Program-made: the position numbers and the translations under genes | Assembly (NCBI GenBank): GCA_030704615.1 | Contig: CM060731.1 | Span: 10,912,001 to 10,976,000, forward strand | Direction: 5' to 3' | Length of the DNA: 64,000 nt | Source: Takakia lepidozioides | Lineage: Eukaryota > Plantae > Bryophyta | The notes under the pieces: model-generated | Seen by the model: only the letters and a program-made list of their open reading frames with translations | Databases searched by the model: none | What the model was told of the DNA's origin: nothing | In this document: positions 24,165 through 36,600 of the stretch, one piece after another | How the letters are laid out: the number at the start of each line of letters is the position of its first letter | Position numbering within the stretch: position 1 is the first letter of the stretch

Positions 24165-24900
24165 GTAGTCTACATGTTGTTGATTACTACAATCGAAAGG
24201 GGTTTCATTCTGTTTTGTTTTAAGGGGTGGTTACAAACAAGTGTATTTTCTGGGATTATGATATAGGTTGGGTTGGTTCAATGCGTGATGCTAATAATTT
24301 ATGGGGTCGTACAACAATTGGACAATTTTGTGAAGCCGAGAAATTGGCACCATATGCTTTAGTTGGAGATGCACCTTACCCTGCACTCCCATGGATGTTT
24401 CCACCATTCAAGGGCCATAAAGATGGCCTTTCAAGAGAATAGTATCATTGGAATTTCATTCAGAGTAGTACCAGAATGTGTGTAGAGATGAGTTTTGGCT
24501 TGCTCAAGGGCGTTGGAGAATTTTGCTGATGGAATGGATGTGAACCTTGAGACGGTTCCAGACATTGTGGGGGCATGTATTGTTTTACACAACATATGCA
24601 CTCTCCATGCTGACACATTTAGATGAGTGGTTGGCTGAGGCACAAGCAGAGGTTCATGATTCTATGCATACAACTATACGAAAACAAATCAATTGTAGGA
24701 AACAGAGCTAAAGCTGAAAGTTCAAGGCAAAATCTCAATGGGATTGACACAAATGCAAGAGTAAGATCTTGAGAGTCTAATGAAACAAGAGGCAGCCAAA
24801 AGGTACGAAATTGTCATGCAATCTCATGGAAAGAGTGCAAAAGAAATTAGCAGAAAGAACAAATAGCATTGCCAAAACTTTGTGGAATACAAAGAAGATG
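24165..24900 (+). pseudogene. PIF/Harbinger DDE transposase remnant
   Basis: DYYNRKGFHSV..GVV..FWDYDIGWVGSMRDA..LVGDAPYP..WMFPPF..WNFIQSSTRMCVE..FGLLKGRWRIL..IVGACIVLHNIC, with stops and frameshifts. Confidence 0.9.
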
Positions 24901-24923
24901 AACATCATCTCTGAGGCATTTCC

Positions 24924-25664
24924 TCATGACCGGCAAGTACCATGCCCTGATAGTGATTGAGAATAGAACTTGTCAGCTAGTACCTTCATTGTCTCTTGCA
25001 TTGACATCAATAAAGCTATTTTGATGTGTTCAGAAGCTTTCATATTTGCCATCATATCTTTGCTACTTTGTCTTACTTCCAAACAACGCTGACGAAAACT
25101 CTTATTTTTCTTCATCTTTTCCACTGAACTTTTCACCACTACTCCCTTTATTTCCCAAATAATTGTCTTTATCCTTCTCTACAGTAGAACCTCCTGCCTT
25201 GTATTGAGGCCTCAACGCATACCAAAATTGTAACCACCAAATCATAACTACAGCCACACAACATATCAATGCAACCCGCACGTATTGTCTCTTCAACCTA
25301 ACCATGACTACTTACTAACTGCACATAAACCCTACAAAGCATCATTCCAAGAAACATGTCTGCTTGTGCCACCACCGGGATTAAAGATCAGCAATTAATT
25401 AGAAGGAGCAGAGAATTGGTCTTGCATTTCACCACGCAATATTATGAAATGGATTACCCAGTGATCCTTCCCACGCACCACCACTAAATTTCTTCTCTTC
25501 AACTGTTTCTTCTGCATCTGCCATGTTTTTCTTCTTTGATGCTCTCTTCTTGTTGCTGCCCCTCTTGCCGCAAGTGTGGTATTGCCCTTAGGTTGTCGAA
25601 GAGAAATGTCACCAAAAATCGCCATGTCATAAGACTGGAGAAAGACCAACGTGCCAGCAGTCAT
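24924..25664 (-). pseudogene. Harbinger partner (Myb/SANT-trihelix-like) gene remnant, convergent with the transposase
   Basis: KDHWVIHFIILRGEMQDQF (trihelix-like start) and a C-terminal coiled segment. Position and orientation fit the two-gene Harbinger layout. Confidence 0.5.
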
Positions 25665-27191
25665 CCCAAATCAATTGAAGTAAACAATGCGCGCAAAAAT
25701 GAATGCCATAACCTAAAGAGCCGCCCTGCAATCCTTTATGAACCCCCTGCATTTCAACCTAAATAGCCTTGAAATTCAAGAACGCCCTGCAAATATCTAG
25801 GCCCGCGCATGGGAAACTCTCTCGACCCCTGCGCTCTGCCGCCGTCGCTGCTGCACTCCTCCTAGCCCGCCCTGCTATGGGCCCGTGGCGAATACCCGGA
25901 GCTGCCATCGCCGTCCATATCCGGGTTAGGGTGTAGGTCTGGAAATGCCCAGACTAGCGCCGGCCACCATGCCCATGCCGGGCAATGAAGGGGTTCGGGC
26001 CCATGCTTTATGGGGTACCTTATGCTCACCCTAACCTAACCGCAGTTGCTATGTCAACAACTTGGGCAAGTTAGCGGGGGGAAAATGAGTTGAAAGATGG
26101 GAGTGTCCCCTAAACTTTCGTCTACCTGCCCACCCTGCCCACCCCTTCACGCATTGGCCAATGCCACCCAATGCCATTTGATTGGGGACCTGATTATCTA
26201 TCCAAGTGAGCCCAAATATAGGCCAATCAACTTTAACCATAGGGAGTAATGGTCGGTTAAGCAAGCTTGACCGATATACCACTTAAGGGTTAAAGAGCCA
26301 GTGATGACATTTGTCCCCTTAGTATATTTAAAAATGGAAAAGCAAAATACCCCCAAAAAGCATCCATTAGCAAATTTAGGTATTTTGATTTGAAACTTGG
26401 AGAGAGCCGCATCTTGTAGGTGCCCAAGATTGTGAATCTAGAGGCATTTAGAATTGAAAAATGCAAAAGAACTTGGTCAGTACATTTTCTTAGCACACAT
26501 TTTATGTTGGATGAAAAATCATATCATTTGGTTATAGTTTCCCAATTTCAACGGTGAAATTGCTCAAAATTCTTAGTGTGGATAGATGTAGGAGAGTACA
26601 TCTAGCAACTACTTTTAGTTTTAATTAATTAATATAGCGTGGTTGTCATATTTGCATTTTTTGGGGCATGCATGCAAGCCCACTAAAAGTAGTTGCTGAC
26701 CTCTTACAGTAGTAAGTACGAGAACCGCTCTCCTCTTTTACATAACCGGTTTTTCTAAGCATCTCGAGTACGTGTCTACTAATTACTGGCTCACTGGACT
26801 CTGGTTACAGGCAGTAACCTGCGACCCTCAAAAGATTTGCTACTGATTACCTACCTACCTTCAAGGTGGCAATCCACCTTCCCATTGGTTGGTGAAATCG
26901 ATAACCTGCTGTGCATGGATGTAAAGTTGTCAGTAACGTGGTGCACATGGATGACTGTCACTCTCGATGTTTCGAAAACCCCGGTTATGTCCGGTAACTG
27001 GCTCGAGGCCACAAGGTTACCGCATCCACCTTCGGTGCGACTGCGCCTCAGCTACATGCGGTAACCCTGTAGCCTCTTGCCGGTTACCTAGTCCGTACCC
27101 TCTCACGGCGGTGGTACCCTGTCAAGTGGTGCTGCAGCCTTCACCTCCACTGCTAAGTAGACTTCCATTGGCTCCTCCAAAGCACTCTTAA

Positions 27192-27288
27192 CACTGGACG
27201 TTAAAGAATCTTTATCTTTTTTTTATCTTTGTTTCTACCATACCGTAATTAATTATGCCTACCTACAAAGTTTGTTTAACGTCCAGTG
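27192..27288. mobile_element. 97-bp element with perfect 14-bp inverted repeats (CACTG...CAGTG)
   Basis: CACTGGACGTTAAA at 27192-27205 and TTTAACGTCCAGTG at 27275-27288, with AA on both flanks. Confidence 0.55.
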
Positions 27289-27299
27289 AACTTATAGAG

Positions 27300-27412
27300 C
27301 CTACAGCTCAACACACAGCCCACTGAGTGGCCAATGGAGGGTTGGTGGCACATGTTGAAGGATTGAACCCAGGATCACCCAGGTTATACACAGGCAACCA
27401 CTGGGCACAAAT
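27300..27412 (-). mobile_element. Possible tRNA-derived SINE remnant
   Basis: A-box-like TGCCCAGTGGT followed by B-box-like GGGTTCAATCC. A similar pair occurs at ~39826-39875 (+). Confidence 0.35.
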
Positions 27413-27649
27413 ACCTGCTCAAGTGCCTACCTACAAAGTATGGACTGGGTACTTACTGTTTGTAAGGGCTCAAATGTAGGGGTGATGAAGGGCAGGTACA
27501 AAAATAGGAGTTCATGCAAGATGGTGAATAAGGCAAGCCCTAAATTGGGAGGGAGAGACACAAGGACCGTGACTCGGGCGCTTGCAAAGAAACTCTGGAA
27601 CTTTCTTCAGGGTCCGGATCTGCGGGAGAGGCAGCTGCAAAGTGCAGTC

Positions 27650-30600
27650 ATGGATTCAGGTGCACGGCTTGCTCCTTCTTGTTGTCAGAGTCAGAGACCC
27701 ACGATTGCGTTCATCTGTAATGGTTCACTGCAGAACCATAGTATGATTTTCAAGAACTCGTAACTGGTTTTGTGAGCGGGATGATGTCATCTGATGGGTG
27801 GGATTCTGCTTAAATCTATTTTGATTTGAATGGGACGTTGCTTTGAAGGCTTGTGTCGCACAACCCTAATTGGTATCGGTCTCCAACTGTGACGGGGTCA
27901 TTCCTGTGGCTCAATTTCAGGGCATTGTGGGAGATATCTTCTCAGTGGGCTCTAACTTAATTTGCAATTGGTAACTCTGTACCTAGGTCTCAGACGAAAT
28001 GTATAATTGAGTCAGCATTGGAACTGTAGCCTGAAGACATGCGTCTAAACTCTTACTGGGCAGGAAATGAGTTTGTGGCAATAAGCTCAGATTGTCATGT
28101 TGTGGTTTAGGACTGACTTGAATTTTGTTTTGGGGTTGATGGTTGTGAAATCAAAGATGCGGATATGGAAGACTATGGGTTTGAGTACTCAGACGAGGAG
28201 CCTGAAGAGCAGGACGTTGATATTGAGAACCAGTACTACAACTCAAAAGGTAGCTTCCGCTCCTTAGGCTATGGCTGTGAAGATGCCCTGTATCAGTGCT
28301 CACGCTGCTGTAGCCCAAGTGACTGCTATGTTTTGGCCTGTCCAAGTTCCAAGAATAGGCAAACCATGCTGTAGACCTAAACTCCCCCAAGTTTTTTGAG
28401 GACGAATTTGATCAACTAGATTGTCTCACCTTCACCTGTAAGTAACCACTGAAAATAGTGCCCACCTCCATACCCCCCGCAAAAAGACTTAAAAGCCCTA
28501 ATTGGCTCAGGTGGCATCAAATGTTATGCACTCACAGGTGAGACAAGGGTAACTTAAACTGTAGGCAGGGATTGGGGAAGTTTTGCAAGTTGCTGATTAT
28601 ATTTGACAGTTGGAAGGTTATGAGGCTCTGACTGTAGTAGGCTGTGTGTCTAGGATTGGTGGAAGCCGATGCAGAGGGTGCTCTCAAGGGTTTTGCTGAG
28701 GTAGTTAAGATGGAAGGCGAGAAAGGCGAATGGTCAGCTCTGTCACCGTCCCCTTCTCCTGCTCCCCTACCATTATTCTGCCTCTACCTAGTTCGGCTTC
28801 GTTCCTTTGCAGATTTTCTAATATATAAAGGCCAACATTGTACATCAACTTGAGATCTTGAATCAGGCCAGACTCTTCTTCCTTGGCAATAGTTGAAGCT
28901 CATTGAATGCAAGTCCCTTGTCCACCAAATATGTGATGTCTGAGATAACAGCTATTGTATTTACAGCCACTTCCAAAAAGTCGGTTTTAAAACATTGGAC
29001 TTCCACACTGCTGCAGTTGTCTAGTTCAGAAACAGCGACAAGTGGAGTAAGAGTGTGGGACAAACAAGGAAAGAACATCAAGAACAAATCTCATTTTTCG
29101 CTTCTTCCAAGGCCTTCAAAGTCGTTTGGTAAAACAACAGGGTGGATATTTACTTAATTGGAAAATTTGTGTCAGGTCTACAGCACTTTTTCCAGAATCT
29201 GGTATCTGAGTTCATGGCTGCCCAAACAGATTTTGTCACTGTATTTTCACGGACAAGATTACAAGTGTTGATTTAATATCTGCAAATTATCCAAAGACTT
29301 CATTTGTTTCTTGGAACTTGCTTCCTCCCTTCCTCAGTTAGTGTTAAGATTGACAAGCACTTGGTGTTATGACAGGGGGTTTAAGGCATTGAAGCAGACA
29401 GTAAAGCTTCATTATCGGCTGGGCAACTACAAGCAGATGATGGATGCCTATAGGGAGATGCTGACCTACATCAAGTCAGCTGTGACCCGCAATTACAGTG
29501 AGAAATGCATCAATAATATCCTTGATTTTGTATCTGGCAGCGCTAGCCAGAACCTGGAGCTGCTGCAAGAGTTTTACCAAACGACGTTGAAGGCCTTGGA
29601 AGAAGCGAAAAATGAGGTTTGTTCTTGATGTTCTTTCCATGTTTGTCCCACACCATAAGCTCTTTAGCCTTTATGGATGTCATAAAGGTGGTCCTTTCTT
29701 CTACTTTTTCTCTCTCTTTCTCTCTTTCTCTCCAATTTTCTCTCCCTGTCCTCTAGGAAGCCTATTGCCATTGGGTGGACTTGATACGGGAGTACATTAA
29801 TGTCTCTGTGACTAAATGTCGGCCTTGTGACCTCGTGTCCTTGTTTGTTTCGACCTGAAGCGCTTTGCTCCAGGTAAGGTAGTGCATTGGATTTAGTTGG
29901 AAAGCTTGGGGCCTTTCCCTCTTTAGAATATGCCTACACGGGCAATTCCCTGCAACTCCCTGGAGTGTGATCTCTGAATGGTAACAAGCGGACCCCTACC
30001 ACTTGGGGGCAGCCCCGCCGCCCAAATTGGGCAGTCGTATGCTCTGTATAGCATACTTGGCACTTGGGCTCGGGTTGGTTCCTGTGCTTAAACTTATAGC
30101 CTGCGAGATCAATCAAAATTTTAGCTCCTATCAACATCAACACTCCCCAGGGTGATTCCTGGGAATTGGTTACTTATGCCAAATCTAGGGCTTCATGTGT
30201 AGTTTTTGGGGTGAATCCCAGGATGGACGATGTGTCCTTTAAAACGACATGCTCTAGCTTAGGCTTGGATTTCATGGCTAATGGTTCCATCTCGAGACTT
30301 GATAACAGGGGTACGTTGAAGGTTGCAATGACCAAAAGTGCTTCTAATAGAGTCCCGCATCAATTCAATCTCAAAGAAGTTCGTCCCTTGACTGGCTGGA
30401 GAGCGGTCTTAGACATTGGTGATTCAATGGGGCGCTCTAGGAAGACAACCAAGGGCAAGGACTTCAACTTGAGAGTTTCTAATCGGTTTGATGCTCTGGA
30501 TGAGGTTGAATCCAAACAGCCAGAAGGACAAGATGCCCCTAAGTGTACAGAACCTGAACGTCCTGAATCTGAAGGATTTGGTACTCTGAATGGTTCACCA

Positions 30601-33600
30601 ATCCTCAAGGTTTACAGAAGACGAACAAATTCTATACACGGGGTAATTGTCCCCAAGCCGTCAGATGGACAATCTGTCCCTAAGTGTGCAGAGTCTGAAC
30701 GTCGTGTAACTGAAGGATTTGGTACTCTAAATGGTTTACCAATCCTCAAAGTCTACACAAGACGAGCAAAATCTATACACGGGGTAATTGTCCCCAAGCG
30801 GTCTGACGGACAATATGCCCCTAAGTGTGTGGAGCCTGTGCGTCGTGTAAATGAAGGATTTGGTACCCTGAATGGCTTACCAATTCTCAAAGTTTACACA
30901 AGACGGGCAAAATCTACACATGGGGTAACTGTCCCCCCTTTGCAGAACGGTTGGCCGCCCAGGAGCAATCACAAGCTACCTAGACGACAAACAATTCACA
31001 TGCAAAGGGCTTTTTTGCAGCTGGCCACTTTCAACTTCTCAGGGCTTACTAACCAAAGGAAACAACTCGAAGTGGGACAAGTTCTTCGGACTAATGATAT
31101 TCATATCTGTGCTGGGCAAGAAACATGGGAAACGTTGGATAAACTGGTTGGAGATGTCAATGGTTATAAATGGGCAGGTAAGATGTGTACTCTCAAGGCA
31201 GTCTCTGCCAAACGCGGTCAAAAAGGGGTTGGATTCTTTGTCCGTGATTTCTTGTTTGACAATTGTGAAATTATCAACAAGGGTTTGAGGTACGAGCATA
31301 GTATCTGGCTAAAACTGAATCTGAAGGGCGGCATGAGTAGGAAGGACCTCTTTGTGGGTTGTGTTTACATGCCCACAGAGGGGACCCTTAGTGCTGACGC
31401 AGACAAAGCCTTTGAAGATGTAAAGCTGGACTGTGCTTTGTTCCTTGCCAAAGGTCAGGTAGTGCTATTGGGTGACTTCAATGCCCGGGTGGGCAAAGGG
31501 CTCCATCAGGACGATATCATTGGGCCTTTTGGCGAGGACGAGCTGAATTCTAATGGCAGACGGTTAATTAACTGTCTGGAAGAGCTTCAGCTTTTGACCT
31601 TGAATAACAGGACAAGAGGTGACCAAGTGCAGTGGACTCGTGAGAAATCCCAAACTTGGGAACGTCCCATTGTGGACTATATCATAATGGACAAAAATTT
31701 GTTTCCCCAGTGTGCCAATGTGTTGATTGACAGAACTGATATTGGTACCTCTGACCACTTCCTGGTTTGGACTGAGATCAAAAGGTGTTTTCCCAACACC
31801 AAGAGATCTGTGAAACGTTCGATTCGGAAGTGGCGCATAGAAAAATTTCATAATGAGGAGGTCAAGGCTGAGTACGTCCAGGCCTGGCAAGAGGCTCTCC
31901 CTCATTTTGTCCAATCGCTCCAAGAACTTCAGTCTCGCTCTGACAACGCAAGAAATGAAGTTGAAAGAGCAGTGGACTCTTGGGAGAGTTTCGTTTCCTC
32001 CGTGGCTGACAAGATCATTGGGAGGAAACTAATTGTCTGCGGTAGAGCTGTTAATTGGTGGACCAATGAGATCAAACTCAAGATAGCTGCGAGACGAGCC
32101 CTCTATAAAGAGTGCTGCAAGTTGAAAACCAACAGAGAATTGTGGGCGAGGTACTACCAGCTCCGTAAAGATATCAATCAGCTTGTTAGGTCTCAGAAGA
32201 AATTATACTGGGACAAGTTATACAGTGAAATAAACTCAAACCACCATGGTGGTAATGACAAGAAATTCTGGTTGGCCCTTCAACGTTTGTACAAGCCGAA
32301 AAGCGGTTAGCAAGTACAAGCGCTGAAGACTACTAAAGGTGCAGTGGTGACTTCATCGGTTGACATTGTCTAAACCTTTGAAACTCACTACAGTATCCTT
32401 GGCAGAACTTCTAGGTCTAATAGTGAGGGGTCTTCCGCTGAATGGAGGGACACAGTTGGAAAAACTGTTGATTCAAAACAGCCCTGGAGTATATTTCAAT
32501 GGCTTATAACGCTCCCATTAGTTCTTCTGAGATTGTGGAAGCAATTGAACATTTAAATGGACGTAAAGCTGGTGGACCTGATGGTATTGTCAACGAGCTT
32601 ATCAAGCACGGTGGCGATCCCATGATAGAGGCCCTAGTTCTCCTCTTTAACCTTATCTGGAAGACTGAAATGATCCCCTTTCGCTGGCGACAGGGGGTCA
32701 TTGTCAATCTATACAAGAAGGGTGACAGAGAAGAACCGGGGAACTACCGTGGCATCACGCTCCTCAATGCTGTTGGCAAGACATTCTGCAGAGTTATAAG
32801 TACTCGTCTCGAGGTTGATCTGGAGTCTAGAGGTTGTTTCCACGAAGGCCAAGCTGGCTTTCGGCGAAACAGGGGCTGTGTGGATCATATCTTCACTCTA
32901 AGCCAGATTATCCAGGGAAGGAAAAAAGAAGGGAAACCCACTTATGTTTTTTTCCTGGATGTCAAAAAGTCTTATGACACAGTGTGGAGAGATGGCCTAT
33001 GGTTCCGCCTCTGGTCTTGTGGGATCAAGGGAAAGATGTGGAGAGTTGTCCACAACTTGTATGCTCACACCAAAAGCTGTGTCACTGTTAACGGACAGAA
33101 GTCCAACTTCTTTGACATAGACCAAGGTGTAGCTCAAGGATGTACTCTCTCCCCTCTGCTCTTCAATGTTTTCATCAATCAACTCCTCGAGGATGTGGAA
33201 AGTGAGGGATTTGGGTTAAGGGTGGGTGATACCACCATACCAGCCCTTATGTTTGCGGATGACTTCGCAGGCATAGGGGAGACTCCAACCAATCTCCAGG
33301 AGTTGATTGATTGCGAGAAGAGATACTTTGATCTTTGGGGGTTAGAGGCTAATGTCAGCAAATGTGCAGTGGTAGCATTCAACGACAGAGGAGAGGGAGG
33401 AAGTGATCTTAAGTGGCAGTGGGGTAGCCAAGAGATCCCGGTCCTCCCTTCCTACACTTACCTGGGCGTTGAGTTTTCCTCCAATTGTAATTGGGATGCA
33501 CTTATCCGGAAAGTTGATCAAACTGGCAAGGCAAAGCTCTGGGGCTCACTAAATTTTTCCACTGCAGAGGGGCCAACTCCGAGGTTAAGAAAACCATGCT

Positions 33601-36600
33601 TTGTTGCGTTATTAGACCTGCCTTGGAGTACGGATCTGCAATATGGGTTGATAACTCCAACCAGGCTAAGTCTCTAGAATCCATTCAAGTGGGGGTGCTT
33701 AAGGAGTGTATGTCAGCATGCTCCAAAACAGCCAATGTGGCTGTTCGGGGTGAGTTTGGCATTCCGTCCTTAAGCTCCCGACGAGATGAATTCAAGGTCA
33801 GATGGTGGGGTCAGCTGCAACATATGGCCAACACCAGATATCCTAAGTTAATCGACTCTATACCTTGGAAACAGGACCGCCCTGTCAAACAGGCTAAGTC
33901 CTGGCAGAAGAGAGTAGAAGAGATTCTCAAGGACCTGGACCTGGACCCGCAAGTCTTGACCCTGCTGGATCAATCTGACGTGGAGGCTGTAGTGTCCAAA
34001 GCCATGTCTATTGCCATGAGATTGTCTGATGAAAATGAAGTTAGGCAGAAAACTTCCCTGAACAGTCAGTGACATGGGGGAGGACATCTTGGATGACCTC
34101 AAGGGTCTACCCACTCTTGGCACTAGACTGAAATTTAAACTCAGGGCAGGAAGCCTACCTTTGAACAGCAAACAGAAGCAGAGAGGAAAGGGAGAGTGCA
34201 ATTGCCCGTTGTGTGGGCAATCTGAAGACAGTATTCATTTTCTAATACACTGTCTGGGGTTCTCTTACCAAAGAGGCTCTCTCTTCAAATCTATCAAGGG
34301 AATTGTGCCTGTACCCCTGTTTACCAACTTTGAAAGTCTCGAGGCTGAGCCAAAAGCTCAGGCCCTCGTGAGGCCTAGTTTTTGGGCAAATCACACACAG
34401 CAGATTGATGCTTGTGTGAAGGGATTTCTACAGGATATCTGGAAAACCCGGATTAATTCTATATATGAAGGTAAGTCTTACTACCAATGTCAGCCCCTGA
34501 CAGAGGTAGGTTCTGTCCCTTTTGTTCCCGCTCAAACTGGGCGCGGGGTCAATGGCCACAAGGCTACGGCAAACAACGTCGTATGAGTACAATCTTTCTC
34601 TCCAATTTTCCGCTCAAACTGGGCGCGGGGTCAATGGCCACAAGCCTACGGCAAACAACGTCTTATGAGTACATTCTTTCTCTCCAATGGTTGTAGATGC
34701 AACAGGAAGGTAAAGGATCAGATGCACCTATGCTGATGTCCTTGGGAAAGATGGGTGATGATGTTACAGAGATTGTGGTTCAAGACAAATTTGAAGCTTT
34801 GTAAGCTATGGTTTGACATGGGCGAGTATGGCCGCATGAACAAGGTAGGCTGTTTATCATCACTTTGCCCCACTCTGTTTACCAATATATTTGATCTCCA
34901 GATAATTGTCCATCATTTCACTGAAGCTTCCGTCTGGGCTGATCTGTTGCTTGCTTGTGAGACAAACTAGTAGCAAGAAAGAGTTGTGAGACGGATGTGC
35001 ATGCCAGAATATTGTCAGAGTATCATGCAACATTCAACATGCAGCCATTCTGGTGGTTAGCCTTCTGGAGGTTATAGTCACAGTCAACGGAGGGTCACTA
35101 CCCAATTGGTAATGTACCCACTGAATAAGCAGAGAGCCGGCTGTACAGGAATATTGACTTGTTGTGGAAACAAATTAGCTGAGCAGCGGGAATGAGGATA
35201 TCCAGTAGAAAGTGAGGTCTATTAAGTAGAGATCTTCACTAAATTCACAGTGCTTGAATCACTTTCAGTCAGAAATTGTCCCCACCCCTAGCAAGGCATT
35301 GAGTCCCATAATTACACCCAACCCTTGTTTTCATGTTTGAGTGGGCCACTGTTTGCTGCAGATATTGAAGGAGCTGCATAAGTCCTGTCAAAGAGAAGAT
35401 GGTTCGGATGACCAGAAAAAAGGGACTCAATTGCTGGAGGTTTACGCGATTGAGATCCAGATGTACACAGAGACCAAGAACAACAAGAAGCTCAAGGTTT
35501 TTATCTTCCTCCACATAGTGATTCCTAGTTTGAAGAGTTTGTGGAACTTGAATGAGATGTTGATGGAACATGGATTGACCATCTTGTCATTCCAAGTGTC
35601 AGGTGTTGAAATTGCTCTTTGAAGGGTTTGAAACGAGGATGATTTCATAACTGCCTCAGTGATGTGTGACTGGCTTTGGGAGCAATAATATTGGGGAGAT
35701 TTTCTGAACTTTAACACAGGCTATACCAACAGCCTACAGACCTTGAATCAGACACATAATCATCACTTTTCTGATCAATAACTAATTGTGTAAGCTAGTG
35801 TGCTAATTAAGGTCAGAGTTGAATGTCCCTGTATAAATCAACCTTGAAGGTTATTAGCCTTTACCCAGCCTTCTTAAAGAAGATTTAGCATTTGTCTTGT
35901 TGATCTTCAACTAATTATCTATGTGTGCTAACTAAAGAGAAGAGAAGTTTATGAAGTCCTTTGTCGGATTGAGGCCTACTCAAGCAAGTAGTGCGTCGCG
36001 TTACTTGTTCTATTTGTCCCTGTCGGCCCTCAAGCCCCCCTCGTGGATTTTATCTGTTTGTGAGTGATACTCCTTGATGTTTTGAATGTGTTTATTAGCT
36101 GTTTGTGTTCTTGTGGTATGCAGCAACTGTACCAGAAGGCCTTGTCCATAAAGTCCGCAATTCCCCACCCACGCATCATGGGAATCATCCACGAATGTGG
36201 GGGCAAGATGCACATGGCTGAGCGGCAGTGGGCTGAGGCAGCCTCTGACTTTTTTGAGGCTTTTAAAAACTATGATGAGGCTGGCACCCATCGCCGCATA
36301 CAGTGCCTCAAGTGAGTGTTTCCTTGAAGTGTTCTATGCCAGTCTTGTTCTGTTATCACTTTTGTTGAGTGCCCGTGTTTGTTTTCAAACAAGTTCAAGA
36401 CAGCCTCATACTGCTGAATGCTTGGAAGGAAGGCAGGGATGTTGTCTCTGTAGGACAGGAGAGGAAATGAACTTTGACCTGCTCGTCAACCACAACTGAC
36501 TATGCCTGTACTCAATGTTGAGCTGTAATGAACCCATCCACGAGATAGCGGGGTCAGTATCTGGGGAACCATGACATATTTCCCAATGCCCAGATTGGAC

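Noticed and set aside
26287-26293. GGGTTAA as a second piggyBac end
   Set aside because: No partner TIR or transposase sequence nearby.
29741-29900. HDV-like ribozyme at the LINE 5' end
   Set aside because: I could not build the nested double pseudoknot by eye; a covariance search would be needed.
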